A stretch of DNA of 63,993 nt, filler included, from Porpidia crustulata (Eukaryota): assembly GCA_964255105.1 (NCBI GenBank). It is 10 parts of 10 records of this genome, joined end to end, with 100 filler letters (N's around TTAATTAATTAA, not from the genome) between each part and the next. Parts side by side here need not be neighbours in the genome. Positions count along the whole stretch, not along the records: positions 1 to 6,347 come from CAXUWE010001564.1; positions 6,448 to 12,791 come from CAXUWE010001565.1; positions 12,892 to 19,229 come from CAXUWE010001566.1; 7 more parts are not named here. The stretch is one strand, 5' to 3'. Position 1 is the stretch's first letter. Each line of letters opens with the position of its first letter. The notes beneath the pieces were generated by a model that was given only the letters and a program-made list of their open reading frames with translations, searched no databases and was not told the origin of the DNA. Position numbers and translations under genes: made by a program. This document shows positions 1 through 14,240 of the stretch, piece after piece.

Positions 1-513
1 GGTCTGCCGATGGGGTTGCGGTGCCAGAGGGTGAGGGAGACGCGGAGGGAGGGGCGCTAGGAGAGGAGATGGACGATAGTATTCCATTAAGGATGCTTGT
101 GCCAAGCGTACCTTGTAATATTCAGCTTCAAGCTTCTCAGAGGAAAGGGATCAATGGGTGCTTTTTTAGGACTCACCGCATCCCAGGACTGTCAAGGTCA
201 GGCCATTGTCTTCGCTTTTGACACCATTACAGCTTGTGTCACCCAGTGATTGATGATTCAACTGTATCCAAAGGGTTTCAACTGATCTATCATGCGATGA
301 CATGACTATTTATTTGGATCAAGGTGCTTGTCGTAGGTGGAAAGCTATCCTTTTGGGGGGAGGGGGGTTTGGGATAAAACTCAAAATCCGCTGCCAGAAG
401 TGCGGAACCTGGCCGTCATTTTCTTAACTTCGAACCTCTAACCATGTGTAAGATGAACGTCCGAGTAAAAGTCATGTGGATATAGCATTTTCATCATCAA
501 ATCTCCAGTGAAC

Positions 514-1344
514 ATGGCTGATCCTTTTGAAGTTCGAATGCGTTTCACCTCGCAGCTCCAGCATCTCAACGCTTCTGTCAATTCCTCACAAAAAGCTGCC
601 CATTATGCCCTGAAATACCGAGATATGGATGAGGATTTGCATTCGTGTATTCTCGAGCAGCTTGAACGAGTACGTGCGTTATTCGTATATTCCAGAATCT
701 AGTTCTAGAGCTAAAATCCTACGCCAGAATTCTATGAATAACAGAGCGAATATCATGTATTTTATTGAACATCTCTGTGACATGGCTCAGCGGGAGAATC
801 ATCTGAGGTTTATCGATATGATCCAAAGGGATATTCTGAGTGTTGTCGATGCTGTGGCGCCCAATGATGGATCGGGAGTTGCGAATGTGAAAGTAGTAAG
901 GAGGGTGAGCCACTGTGGGAACCTACCTAGACACCCTCCCTTTCTCACATCGCTCTCTAGGTTCTCAACGGTCTGCAACAGAAATCAGTGCTACCTTCGG
1001 AGACAGTTCTGGAGATAGAAGCATGTCTCAAAGAACGAGATACCCTACCTGCCCATCCTGCCCTCTCCCCTACAGAAGCGAATGGCCAGCAAGAACAGCA
1101 GCCTAGTCAAGCAGCACCAAAGGTAAATGGTGTATCAAGGTTAGATAAGCGACAGATAGAGCAGAGGATAGAAGAAGACCGGGAGAGGCACAAGCGGTTG
1201 AGAGAAAGTATATGGGCCGTTGGAGATGACGAGGACGACGAATTTGAACGCTTATGGGATGAAGCTAGTGATATTGAAGAAGATGATTACGTTGCGGCTG
1301 AAGAAGACTTCTACGAGAGGAGACAGGCCGTTGAGGTGGAATGA
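514..1344 (+). CDS. CTK3: CTD kinase subunit gamma (Ctk3), 3 exons
   Basis: MADPFEVRMRFTSQLQHLNAS...NNRANIMYFIEHL...RIEEDRERHKRLRESIW matches the Ctk3 family. GT-AG introns ~670-727 and ~905-960 join the three ORF pieces. Confidence 0.9.
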
Positions 1345-2665
1345 GTTTTTAAGCAGTATTATGACAGATGGACTATCCCCCGAATGATCCCAACCTTTGA
1401 CTGGAAAATCTTCTATACCGTTAGTCGCTGCTCTTTACTGCTGTCTGCTTCCGGCCGCAAGTGTTCAAATTCGAATTGTTTGATCGCGAAGCTGACTGCT
1501 AAATATCCTCTAGACTGACTGGTAGCGATATAAGAAGAGCCCTCTCTTATCCAACCAGAAAGATCCCAGCAAAAATTTCAGCTTTAAAATCTCTAGAGTC
1601 TCACATGTAGATGATCGACGGTCAATGATCACAATTGTGTCCAATCCACGACTAACCTTCCACTTCTGAGTGTCGAGATATCCTATCTTTCCATACTTGT
1701 GTACGACTATGATATAGCAACACATCAGCATGGGAAAATCCGCTCCTAGCCTTGATACATACTTCTTGCTGACACTGGTCCATTGTCCATATATGGCGCA
1801 AAAGCACCCGTTACTATGGGCATAGAGTTCCATATTCCATCCTAGCACCTTATTAGCAGTTTCACATGGCATGACTTACTTGAAGAGATGTCTATGCTCA
1901 GCTACCATAAGAAGCGCCGCAGCAAATCGCTGCCGGCGATATCGAAGTAATCCAGAAGCAACTCCTGAGCCGGCAACGCGAAGGTCTACAAAGACACCAG
2001 CGAATCAGCAAAACGATTGCTATAATTGAAGACCCGATGCGCAAGATGTCCATGCATCATCTTATCATAGTCACGGCCGCTGCAGCACCAACCTTAAGGA
2101 AATGGCAAGGATTATACTGGAGACTAGGGAGGCGGCGGGCAGAAGTGGGTGCTTGACTGAACATGCACATGTAGACACAAGAGTCGACACTGAGTAGTCC
2201 AAGAGGCCACGGGACAAGATCCGGACACGACTTTATATGCAGACGCCGTCGGAGCTGGCTGGCGACCTGGAGGAGTACTAGGACGGATCACCTGGTGAAG
2301 AGCCGTTCCACATGAAAGCGGCACGTGCGAAGTAAGAAGCTTTGACCATAGAGTCATCCGTTTCAAAGAATTCTACTGCGGTGGTCTCCTTTTCAGCAGA
2401 TTGCAATAGGGACATTTGGAGGAGATAGGGGGAGTTGGCGGTTTGGAAGCCTGTGCTCTTCTTCACAAGCAACCACATTTCCAGATTTATTGATAAGCGT
2501 TTTCACAAAAAGCAGGTCATTGGAAGTGGTTTAAGGAATACCCATTGAGTTTTGGCCAGCAATGCACTACGTATAGTACCATAATTGTACAAGACCCCAG
2601 ACCTCCCTAACAATGCTGCGATGAATCTATGCACACCTTTCATTTCATATACAGATTTCTCGCCC

Positions 2666-3306
2666 TCAATCCATCGTCACAACCGCCCCTAGCCCCTTCA
2701 AATTCTCGATTATCTTCTCCGATTCCTCCTTCGGGACTCCCTCCTTCATCATCTTCGGTGCGCTCTCCACAAACTTCTTGCTGTCGACCAAGCTTAGCCC
2801 AAGCATGCTCTTGATCTCCTTTATTATCTTTGGTTTTGCCCCTGCGTCAAAGGATTTGAGGGTGAGGGTGAACAAGGTCTTCTCTTGTGCTGCTGGGGCG
2901 GCTTCTTCTGGCTCGGCGGGAGCTGCCACGGCGGCGGGCGCAGCAGCAGCGAAGCCACCCATGGGCATATCGGGGATGTTGAGGCGAGTCTGTGAATAGT
3001 CAGCGCGTTGGCAAACGGTTCAGGGTAGCTTGAAGAGAGCAAAGACCACAAATTAGCAGGCAGCGCACTGACCTTAAGATTTGAGACCAGATCTGCCGTT
3101 TCCAGCAAAGTCAATTGACTTATCTGATCAACTATCCCCGATATCTTTGGATTACTGGCTGGTGCTGTGGCTGTAGAATCCCATCGCCTTGTCGGGGCTT
3201 GTTGTTGGCGTTGTGAGATTACTGAAGGGGCGCAACAGATAGGGCGTCGACTTGTGCGAAGAGCCCACGCACAGCATCGTGCCGTAGTACTACAAGAAAG
3301 TGACAT
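2666..3306 (-). CDS. MRPL12: Mitochondrial ribosomal protein bL12m (L7/L12), 2 exons
   Basis: Presequence, then IVDQISQLTLLETADLV, an Ala/Pro hinge and KPKIIKEIKSMLGLSLVDSKKFVESAP. Intron ~2992-3071. Confidence 0.95.
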
Positions 3307-3654
3307 GACGGCAGAGAAGGTGTGGGGATTGAACTGCAGACTGCTATCAGGGTTCTGTAAGAATAGTCTGAAGTCAAAGTGACATGGATTTCTCTAGCGC
3401 CATCTTGAAATTCGGAATGATCCGCATCTCTTCGCACCACGGCACACTGACGCTCAATCAACCAACTCACTATATCTATTAATTTTCGAAACTATGGAAC
3501 TTTATCTTTCGAAGCAGGAGTGGGTCGTCTTACGTTACGCAACTATTGTGTGGACTTGTTACCAAAGCTGGGACTTTGCCTGGGAAATGTACGATAGGTA
3601 CAACAAAAAGACTGCATCCTCAGGGAACCAAGATCAGCAGACCGCCAACGGGCA

Positions 3655-5773
3655 ATGATGGCGTCCGAACTCATAGAGCCAGGGGAGGCTAATACGGAAG
3701 AGGAAAATCAAGCTCAAGAAGCTCACAATGATATAAGCAAGAATGGATCGGTACAGAGAACGCTGGCCCTCCTCAGTGCCAGTGGCGATACGTCTCGTTT
3801 TGCCGGGTTGACCGTACTGAAAGCGCTTTTGGATAGCAACGAAGAGCTGCAAAAAGATGACAAAATCATGACAGACTTCTGGGCCGCTATACCATCGAGA
3901 TTTCTCGATCGGCTGTTGAAGGCTGGCGCCAGTGGAAAGAAGAGTAAACAAGAATCAGAGAGCATGGCAGAATTAGCTGTCGGCGTACTCCATGCTTTCC
4001 TTAGAATCATACCAGTAGCTATGCAAGAAGATGAGAAGTTTATTGGACGAGCGGGACGTCTTATGGCTGCACTAGTCTGGAGGTAGGGACGCTTGCACAT
4101 GTACAACACCAGTATTTGGAAACTGATTCAATGTTGATGCAGTCCTGAGCAGTCTATAACGCAAATTCTACAGATACTCGTAACGCTTGCCAGTACACCG
4201 AAAGGTTGTCTCGCGCTACTAAAAGCTGGGAGCTGGCATGAGCTTTTGCGGATCGTTCCCAAGAATCCTTTGGCAATGGATGTTGTGGGATACACCTTCC
4301 TCAAAGCAGTCTCACAAACTCTGGAGCAGCTTCTATTTTGGGAGAAGCTCGATAGTACGCTCTTTACTTTAGCTATCTCTTTCGCAGACACCAAGGATCC
4401 TATTCAATTGTTCGAATATCTTAATCAGATCTTAACTGTATCATCGACTAGAGTTAGATGGTTCTCCACATATCTTTATGGTCCGAGCACTGAAAGTAAA
4501 CTAGGATACTCTTGAACCTCCTGCGTGGCTAGTCCCCGTCATTAAACTTATTCAAGGGGCAGCACTCAGTCGCCAGGCAGCATCTATATCCAGAACTAGA
4601 CAAGCCATGGTACTTCTAACAGCAACATTATGCCATCTGTATCCTTCGCGAGTCTCTAGACTGATTTTTGGAGTACCGGAACTGGAACCGAGAACGAAAT
4701 CGGACATAGAACCCAGCCCGATTGGGCCCCCGGAGCCGAAGATATCATACCTTTTTGTGAAGCTATTGCTCATCGATATTCGCTCTACAACGCCTTCTCT
4801 CCTCACCTTACTAAACTCCCCTGAATATCCAAGTACTTCAGCTCGTATACGTGGCTCTTACGACATTGTTTCTTGCTTCATCGGATTCCTAGTCCAGAGT
4901 GTTGACAATGAAGAAATTTTCGGCGATCCAGTGGAATTCTCCATACCCTGTTCCATCTCGCCTTCTCTACTTCTTCAGCTCCGCGAGGATATTTCGGATG
5001 TAATGTCTTTGACAATCGGAAGCCTTCGTAAACGCTTCGATACATCGGTATTTGAAGAGGGGGGTCGTGATATGTCCCTTCGCCCCCACTCTGCGGGACC
5101 TTCTCATCTGCCTTTTGTTGCTGCGTGGGAATCCTCTGACGGCGGAATGAGCGACGACCCTTTAACACTCTCCCAAATCCGCACCCTCGCCCTCTGGCTT
5201 CGCGACGAGGACAATGATAGCCTATGCAGGGAAGCCACAGAGATCATGGACATCCTCTTCTACCTTTACCCTTCGACTCGTAGCTTCGACTTCCGCTCCC
5301 CCGTGCTCATAGCCCTCGAAGGTATCATCGCCGTGCCCGAAGGCGTGGAAGCATTCAACCGGTGTGACGGCTGGAACACCTTCTACGAAGCCCTCCGGAT
5401 CCTTCTGATCTCGCCAAACCGGGACCCACACATCGGCGTCGGGATCGTACGCGTGTTGCTCGGCATCCTGGAAGCGACGGAACCGGGGTCGGCCAACGAG
5501 GCGTGGTGGGAAGTTGTGCGGATGACGGCCGTGACCACGCCCACGACTCTGCATGTCTCGTATACGTTCGAAGTCGTCGTCGGGCAGCTGGCCGTTCAGA
5601 TCATTGAGCGATCGCCCCTGGACATACGCAGGCGGAATTGTTCGGCCATGATCGACTTGAAGAATTGGGCTGTGTTGGTGGGTCGGTGTAGGGTGCCCGT
5701 CACTCGTGAGGAAAAGTCGGGGCTGCAGGATATCATACAGGCTTTGGAGGGTCTGATTATGACTTGCTGGTAG
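3655..5773 (+). CDS. Neurochondrin-like (DUF1941) ARM-repeat protein, 3 exons
   Basis: DTSRFAGLTVLK, FLDRLLK, LLLIDIRSTTPSLL and LALWLRDEDN motifs. Introns ~4083-4142 and ~4453-4504 keep the frame. Confidence 0.8.
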
Positions 5774-6347
5774 AGCTTTGTGGACTCAACGGCTGTAGAG
5801 GCCTTTGGAGAGTTCATTTTTTTGGTGAATGGTATTGGGTTCTGTGTCGTCGTAGCTCAATCACGGTGTTGCAGCTGTCATGTGAGTTTTGGGTTCGTTG
5901 GTGGATAGTCACAACTTCGAGAACAAGCGGCGCTGAAAGGGGGGGAAGAGTACTGATGCAGTCGGTGATGACTTTATAAAACGCCATGAATCCTGAGAGA
6001 ACTCCTAATTCCACCAATGCAAAGTCCTTATATTCGGCGGTATAGTAGTGGAAGAGCGTAGAGTTTGTAAGGGGAGGAGGGATAGAGGGCAGAAGATAGG
6101 AAACAGGTTTCTAATCCGACCCGTTCGCTCCTATCGCAGTATATTCATCTGAACGCCGTAAAATTGCCAATGTGTGAATGTTTCGAAAAAAAAAAACTTC
6201 AAGAAGAGGCACCACTGGAATCTATACCTTTATTCATCTTTCTAATACAATCACCAACAACGGCGCGAATATTCCCCAGCCTGAATGCCCACGCGTTGAA
6301 CGCACCCCAAAACACCAGCGCCCCAACTCCAACCCAAACCCTCACAC

Positions 6348-6447
6348 NNNNNNNNNNNNNNNNNNNNNNNNNNNNNNNNNNNNNNNNNNNNTTAATTAAT
6401 TAANNNNNNNNNNNNNNNNNNNNNNNNNNNNNNNNNNNNNNNNNNNN
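6348..6447. other. Artificial contig linker N44-TTAATTAATTAA-N44; identical copies at 12792-12891, 19230-19329, 25666-25765, 32101-32200, 38531-38630, 44959-45058, 51386-51485, 57809-57908
   Basis: Identical 100-bp spacer with stops in all six frames; flanking contigs are sorted by decreasing length. Confidence 0.99.
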
Positions 6448-9400
6448 GAATTGGCGGACGTGGCGGGGTGGGGCGAGAGGACGGCGTCCTCGAAGCCGGG
6501 GGTCAGGCGCGCGTAGATCTTGTCGTTCCAGTGGCCGCCGATGCTCCATCGGGTTTTGCCGTCTGTGGTCGCGACCTTGCCGCTGACAATGTACGCGGAC
6601 GAGGCTTTCCAGCCGCGGGGCTTGAAGTCGAGCGTGCAGGTCTCGCCGGTGGTGTGGTTCTTGATGAGCATGGCGCCGTAGTTGTCGACGGTGGGACTGC
6701 CGGTGATGATGCCGATGACGGAAGAGGTGACTTTCTTCCAGGTGTAGAGTTCCTCGCTTCCGGACGAGGGCCGGAGCTTGAGGAACCAGGTACCAAGGGG
6801 GTTGATGTCGAAGGATTTACCATAGAATTTGGACTTGACTGCCGATTCCCCATAGTAGTCCCATTTGGCGGACTCGGCCCAGGCGGCGCCGATCGGAGGG
6901 TGGTGGCTTACTTGTTCGATAAAGAATCGATAGCCTTTGTCTGGTCGAACGTACTCGTATGTTTCTCCCAATAGAGGATTGAAAGGCTTGGCAACACGGC
7001 CTATAGTTGAGGCGTATTCGCTAGCTGCGAATGCAGCCACGTAGACCATTCGTTCGGTGGAGTCAGACCTATCAGCTGCTGTATCTAGCAAATCGGTATA
7101 TTCCATGTCCTCGGTGACACGTTGAAGTAACGACGTCGGCTCGTTGAACGAAACTGGCAAGGTCATCTTCGTCATGTCTTTTCCAATCATTGATTTCAGA
7201 ATGCCCTGTGGATAGTGTCAGAGTCCGTACGACATACAAGAAACCAAAACGTACCCAGAGGGAGATCTTCGGCCTGTTATCGGCCTCCAACTCAAGGCGA
7301 GTACGGACAGGATCTTCATATCCCTTGAAGGAAGGTACGATTTCCGCCCTCTTAATTTCGCGGATATCCTCTGATGGTTTCCGGTCCTCATCTTCGAGTG
7401 GGTTTGCAAGACTTGAGGTTGACAACGGCATTCCTGAGACAATCTCGACCTCCCCTGCACCCACAGCATCAAAAAACTCCTCGTCCTCATCGGAATCAGA
7501 ATCCGAAAGATTAGTTAAATCAGCTATTGTAGGCCTCCGCCCCCTCATCTCTCGAACACCTGTTGACTTGCGCCGAGTGAATGACCTCTGTAGATCTGGG
7601 CTATCGGGGCCATCCGGTGTCGGCACATCACCTTGTGAGGTAAGTTTGCTATGTGATAGACTTTGAGGCGCAGATGTTTCTTCAAGAACCTCGCGCAGCG
7701 CTCTCTTCGTACGCTTGCGTTTATCCTCTGATTCTCCAATACGACCCTCGAGCTCCTCTTGCTCTTTAGCAACCTTAGCCATACTATCTTCCCATAGCCG
7801 TCTCACGTCAGCTTCGTGATCCAGCCTGTTTTGCCAGTATGTATCACGGTCTTGAGAGATCTTAAGAAGATCCCCCACTAGCCCTTGTAGACTGTGAACT
7901 GCAGACTCATACGTCGATATCGCTTGCGCTACTGTGGGATCTGAGAGCAGTGTAGTTGGATGCTGGGAGCTTTCTGCTTGCAACGCCGCCGATACCTGCC
8001 CTAGTAGATTGAGCTGCAAATTGGCAGAGTGGGCGGTAATGTTGAAGGCGTCTTTCCCAGTCGACTTGAGCTCATGACTGCTGGCACCATCACCATACTC
8101 TTCATCATCATCCATGTCACCTACGATTGCGGTCGTTTCGGGAATGTCGGTAGGTTTTGAAGATACATCAGCGGTAGCACTAAGATCGTAAGATGCATAT
8201 AACGAGTCTTCTTTGTCCCCGAATTTACTCTCGGGCGCATGCGTCGAACCTTGAATCGAGGCTCGAGATGAGGTGCTCGTTAGGGGGACGCCAACTACAG
8301 TCGAAGGATGCAGACTGCTGCTGCTGTATTTAACGTTATCTGCCGTTCTAGGACCTCCAACGCTCAATCTCTTAGTCTCTTCCTTGGCCTGTCGTAAATT
8401 TTCGGCATTGCGCAATTTCTGGTTCTTTTCCTCCTTAGCTTCGTCCTTCGTCCATTGAATTGCGTTGGTCAAAGCCCAAAACCATCTCTTCGCTTCCACC
8501 ACATGGTTTGCCTTGAGATGGTACTTGACGGACGATTTCCCTTGTATCTCGAACTTACTCTTATCATGAGGGTCCATGTAGAGTTTTGCGATTCGCATAT
8601 TGATAGCGCCACGGCATGCTGATCCAGCATCATCTGGAGAGTCTAGGTTATCCTGTGTTCCCAACAGACTAGTGCATCACGTATACCTTGATGTTTATAA
8701 TAGCTCAGTACTCCATCTTCCAGGACAAACCACCGAAGCTTGTACCCGCTTGTATAATTCGTCCACTTCTTCAAGTAGCCTCTCATTTCCCGGCCCTCCT
8801 TACCACCAAGTGAGTTATCCGCTATTTGCAACGGATTTCCCAAAATCGCTCTTTCTTGAACGCCTCTCTGAGCCGCAGCTGCAGCAGGCGATCTCTTAAG
8901 GATAGCACGTGTTCTTTCATCTTTGGTGACGTCTTGCGGAAGCCTTCCTTTGCGGTCACGACGGAACGGATCAATTCCATGTAGCAGCAATATGTGGATG
9001 AGCTTGAGGTCTGTATTAAGCGCGGCTTCATGGAGTATGGTGCCACCGCTCTGTACTGTGCTAGCATCTCTGGGAAGTTCTTCACTATTTACGTCAAGCA
9101 CAGTCTCTACTTGAGCATTCTCCAAGAATTTTTCAATCTCGTCGTACTTTCCCCGAATCACCAGCTCTTGCAAATCCTTGATTTTAGCGTCTATGAAGAG
9201 TGATCTAGACAGTTGGAGACGCTGGAAAATCTCGGGGGTTCGAGCCAAGTCTAAAGGAGACTGGCCTTTGTAGTTCAATAAAGAGTCAATAGTCTCAGGC
9301 TGCTCTAGCAAAAGCTGGACAGTGTTTGGACGCCCAAGCATAGATGCCAGATGTAGAGGGGTATTACCCTCACGATCCTGGGCGTTGACATCAATCGTTG

Positions 9401-9961
9401 TCCCTGGCGTGGACTTCGCAACCGAGAGTATGTGTTCTACAACTGCCGGCTCTGCACACTGAATGGCTAAATGCAGTATCGTCGTTCCATCTATTCCACC
9501 GGAGATTTCAGTAGTGCCTTTGACGGATTTGGCTACAGCGGCACTATCCCCACTTCGGAGTATTTCAAACAACTTGAACATTCGCACCGATTCCTGTACA
9601 CTCAGTGGATCTTGCTGCTTTGGCGCATTCGGAGTTCCTTCCATCCAAATTGGGCTCGAATCAAGCCTCTGTTGCGGGACACTTCCTGAAGGAGTCTTTT
9701 TATGCTTTGTAAGTCGAGACCGGTTCGAGTGATGATGGGAGAGGGAGGCTCCATCAATGTTTGGAGGAAGTTCGCTTTCTGGGAGCTCTTGTGCTACGTC
9801 CTCTACAGAAGCATTGTCTTTCGGCTTGTCACGGTGCAATATCGAAAGCGCCAATGCCGATTTTGAGCGCTTATGGCTACAATTATTTGAGCAGTCAGTC
9901 ATACAAGGACTCAGAAGAGCAGCAAAATCAATCGATACCTCTCTGGTCTCAGTTCCGACAT
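6448..9961 (-). CDS. Oxysterol-binding protein, Osh1/Osh2 type (ankyrin-PH-FFAT-ORD), 3' end truncated by contig end
   Basis: Ankyrin repeats (GNTPLHLA), PH domain ([20 protein letters not shown]), FFAT motif EEFFDA, ORD signature EQVSHHPP. The short first exon MSELRPE(S) splices to HKRSKS. Confidence 0.93.
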
Positions 9962-11179
9962 TGTACCTGGGCCTCTACCGCGCTTCTCGGTCATCGATGA
10001 CGTCGAGTATCAATCCCATCAACAAAGCCATTGATTACTACGTAGTGGTTCGACATTGTAGCCGCGGGACGCGCGCCTATGGAGCCGATCTCCGGCCGTT
10101 GCCGACTCGACAGAGATTCTTCAAAGTGCACCGGTCCTATCTACTATTGTGCAAACTATATCCGATGAAAAAGACTGTTGTATCTAGCTAGCTCTTAGGT
10201 GATCTTTTTGCCGGTGTAATCCTGAAACACTAAGACCACAACGTCCACATCCCCGAGCGCAATTTCGCTTCAACGCTTGACTCCTACTCAACGGGCATAA
10301 TTGTCGACGGCGACCTGTAAATTGCTATCCTCAAGCATGATGTTTCTTCATCATCTGTGGTCATCGCAAGCAAGCAAGTAGCATTCGACCATGAAGAGGC
10401 TGAGGACCGATGGTAAATGTTTCAAGTGCATCTATATTAAACGTGATTCAAACATCATGATATTCCCTACATATGTTTCCTCCCATTATTGTTATATAAT
10501 GTCTCTGCATTTGTAGTGTAACTTTTATTTCTTGTGTTACATCATGCTTTTGGATTTGTAAGAAAGTTGTCCATTTCGATAACAATAGGATTCCGACAGT
10601 TTCAATTGAAGTATTTTGCTGCATCGATGTACTTTCGCCTTCTTTTCTCATTCTCGTTTTCCTCGGGATCAAAACCGCGGTCGTTTTTCAAGCACTGCGG
10701 TCTCTTTTTCGGAACAATGAGGTATAAAGAAGGGTTGAAAGCCCATTCCGTGAGGTATTTCTGACCGGCCGTGTGAGATTGTTTAATCTGGAGGTGCTTT
10801 TGTGGCGAGGTTTCTTTGTTTCGCTTGATACTCAATGACTCTCTCTTTGGATATTTCAAATGTGTAAGAAGAGCTTTAGCTACTCAGGACCTCCAGAAAT
10901 GGCGATGACTGGACTGATTAGGTGCTCGAGAACATTCGGGCTGGGGTTGGCTGAAATATTTACAGAGAAGTGTACTTCATCCACAGATCGAGGCGCCGAT
11001 TACATGAGGGTTTTCTTTAATACTGAACATTTGTTCAGTAAGATATCTAATAATATTTCTTTCCGTGTAAATCTCAAGGAATTCCAGGTCCGGGGAGGAG
11101 CAAATCTAGATGAATGATATCTCCATGGGAAGCTCCTATCCTCGAAGAAAGCTATAAATTTCCAAAAAGGTGTGATAGG

Positions 11180-11992
11180 CTATAAAACAAGGACCGCTTG
11201 GATTAGAGATCCTGGGTTTGCAGCGTCACAGAGGCTTGCATTGCTGGGAAGAAGACAGACTCGTTTATTTGAGTTGTGGGTTAAGCTGGTTAGATACGAT
11301 CGACAAAGGTTTAAAAGATCAGTGACTATGGCTGCTCTGCGTGACTCTATTTGCTCTATCAACATTTTAGTATTATTTCTGAGGTGAGTTCTTGGTCACA
11401 GATGTATACCTAAGAGTACATCTGGGACACCTTCGGTGATTCGAGCAAACCCAGGAGCATCCAGATCTCCATCTTCAGATAAGTTTACACTTAAGATGAT
11501 CCGTTTAGAAACCAACAAGAAGACTGTGGGAATGCGGAACACCAGGGATATGAACAACCATCGACGAGAATCTGACTGTAGATGGATCTCGGACCATTTC
11601 TGAGGCCAGAAACCAAAACTTTTTCGAAGATCGTACTTGTCACACACCTCAGCAAGTCTACCAAGTAATCCAAATGAGACCTTTTCCGGGATTAAGTCAT
11701 GCTGCAGATGGATAACATTCGCCACGATCGTCATGGCTTCGCAATCGTCGTCTTCAAGATCAATGTGCTGGAACCCATCACTGGCAATGACTCGGTTCGA
11801 CGACTCTGCAAAAGCTGATCCGTCCCTTAGCATAGCCCGAAAGACTGAAGAGCTAAGGCAAAGGACTTTGCGGGATACCAGAAGCTCTTGTTCTCGGAGG
11901 ACCAACACCAAGTCGCCGTCTGGGTCAATCTTGGTTCTATTAGAGTAGGTGCTCGACTCTTCCTCCATATCGTCCGCCATTCGCTTTGGCAT
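11180..11992 (-). CDS. Fungal BTB/POZ-domain protein; second exon ends early, possibly degenerate
   Basis: IDPDGDLVL...LLVSRKVLCLSSSVFRAML...VCDKYDL. After an intron ~11357-11410 comes IESRRAAIV...CDAANPGSLI, then a stop. Confidence 0.7.
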
Positions 11993-12356
11993 TGTTTAAT
12001 CGACTAGACTGGTCGCACAGGATATATATTTTTCCAAAAGTACAACGTAGATGGTTCCGAAAGAATGTAAGCTCAAGGAAGGAACGTGTGCTTGAAGGCG
12101 GTCCAGCTCCCAGTCTCATAGCAACGAGATGACTAAATGCAGGTTCGCGATTCAGGCATTGCTGCGAAGAAGTAACGATTATATATTCAGAGTGATGAAA
12201 CAGACGAGGTGGTCGCGGCGATAAATCTACAGCTTCGAGTAGATTTACGAAATGTGATTTCCGTCTTCATTATCTCGACATGACTAATTACTAAAACAAC
12301 ATACCGAGATCATAAAGTAACCCTCCTGAAATATCAAATCTACACAACTCCCCACA

Positions 12357-12791
12357 ATGAAGCGCATCCAAATTCTCTCATCATCCACCCTCTTCTCCAC
12401 ATCGCACCGAACCCTCCCATCTCCAAATATTTGGCCAGCCTTCCAATGCCTCCACACCACACCCGTTCCCAACGCCGTCCCTCTCCCCGTCACAGCAGCG
12501 GGACCGCCCCCAAGTGCCCCTCTCCCAGCAGCATCGCAATATGGCCAGCGCGTGGACCGCCGACGGCGCCAAGCTGAGCTTCTCAAACGCGGTCAAGACT
12601 TACGCGCCAGTCACACGAAGCCAGGTACTGCTTTGAAAAAGCGGTTCTGGAAAGATGTTCATATAAAACCGAGCGATGGTACGCCTTTTCGCACCTCAAT
12701 ATCCTCCCTCTCGCCCGAGGGGGAATGAGTCACCACTAACTCTACAAAAATAGAAGGCCACCACACAATCCACCTCGACACCCGCCCCGTC
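12357..12791 (+). CDS. ATP12: ATP synthase F1 assembly factor Atp12, N-terminal part (truncated)
   Basis: Presequence followed by LKKRFWKDVHI, intron, then HTIHLDTRPV. Confidence 0.85.
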
Positions 12792-12891
12792 NNNNNNNNN
12801 NNNNNNNNNNNNNNNNNNNNNNNNNNNNNNNNNNNTTAATTAATTAANNNNNNNNNNNNNNNNNNNNNNNNNNNNNNNNNNNNNNNNNNNN

Positions 12892-13393
12892 AGGATGAAG
12901 CGGTTGCGAGAGTAGATTACGAGAGCGGCGGCGAGGTGGAGGCCTTCTGGGGTATCTGCGCAGATAGGACGATCAGCGCTGGTTTGCGGTAGCTCTCCTT
13001 GCGAGAGGTTGTGAATTCTGTTTGGAAGATTAGGAACATACCTTGCCCGCTAATCAGCGTTCCCTGGCTCATAAATAGCAGATTGATCGCTTTCTCTTTG
13101 CTTTTGATCCCTTTGCAGACATCATCCACGACACAGAGCAGACTGACGTCCGCCTTGATGAATGTATACTGCCCATCCGCGTTTAAGGCCTTGCATTCGG
13201 CTGCAATGCGGTCGCCGGCTTCTTGCGAGCGGCCAATAAAGTAGACGCGGGGTTGACGGGTGTGTTTTGCAAATTGCTTCAATGATGTTTCACCGATGCC
13301 GTTCGTAGCGCCGACGAAGACTGCAACGAGGCCGGGGGGAAGCGACGAGGTAATGCGGGCGTTCGAAGATTGGACAGCAGTGAGGGAAACCAT
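12892..13393 (-). CDS. Short-chain dehydrogenase/reductase, N-terminal part (truncated)
   Basis: VAVFVGATNGIGETSL Rossmann motif, VYFIGRS, FIKADVSLL, INLLFMSQG. Confidence 0.85.
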
Positions 13394-14240
13394 TGAGTAT
13401 TACTTGGGAGAGAAAAAGATGTTTGGGGTGCAAGAGATGCGAGGGATAAGGTGTGGTGTTCCTCCATCTTGGGTCGAGAGGGGGATGTCATGTTATATCG
13501 ACGAAGATGCAACTTGGAGACGTCTTTCTTGCTGTCAAGTATGTTCTGCATTAAGTCTAGCGCATATGTGGACGCTAGATCGGACGGTTCAAAACCCCGG
13601 TTCAAGCATCTGCTTTTTCCACCAACTTTAATCCGAATTAAAGGGCTGAATCAATACGGCCGTAGGAAAGGGACCTTCACTACAGACTCCTCGCTCTACT
13701 AAAGTATGCTCTCCATACACTTTATCAACGGTAGCAATATCATGCATAGCACCGGATCTAGGACTCATATGCCACCCGTATCTGAATTGTAGTTTGCATG
13801 TGGACTAGACACCTCTTCACTTCTAGCATAATCAATCCAATCATCGAGTTTTCTTAACCGCCGATAAGTCATGGTGAAAAATGATATGCATCTACAGGCA
13901 TGCCGGTCGTAGGACCTGAGGACACTCAGGTTAACGACGGGGGCTGTAAAAGGATTCTAGAGTCGGGAGAAGATTTGGTTCAAAAAGCGATGGGATTGAA
14001 GTTACAGATGTGATACACCTTTGAGCTTCCGCCTTCGAAGCATCTTGATCTTCAAAGCCTGACTCAGGATTTACGCAATCGATACTAAAGCCTACCAATT
14101 GAAACACTGATCCTGTCATACACAGGTTCCTTGAAGATGAAAGAGAGAGCCGAGTTGACAGCATGCACAAAATCGACATTAAATAATTCTCCTTTCCTCT
14201 TCTGACGCTCCGACACCTTCCGGATTTCCCCCAATGCCTC

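Noticed and set aside
1..87. Possible gene start on the minus strand (MEYYRPSPLLAPLPP...); also a possible gene end at 6200-6347
   Set aside because: Too short and cut by contig edges to identify.
6468..7666. Long antisense ORFs here and at 25796-26452, 31501-31989, 38579-38980, 55052-55552
   Set aside because: Shadow frames of GC-rich real genes on the opposite strand.
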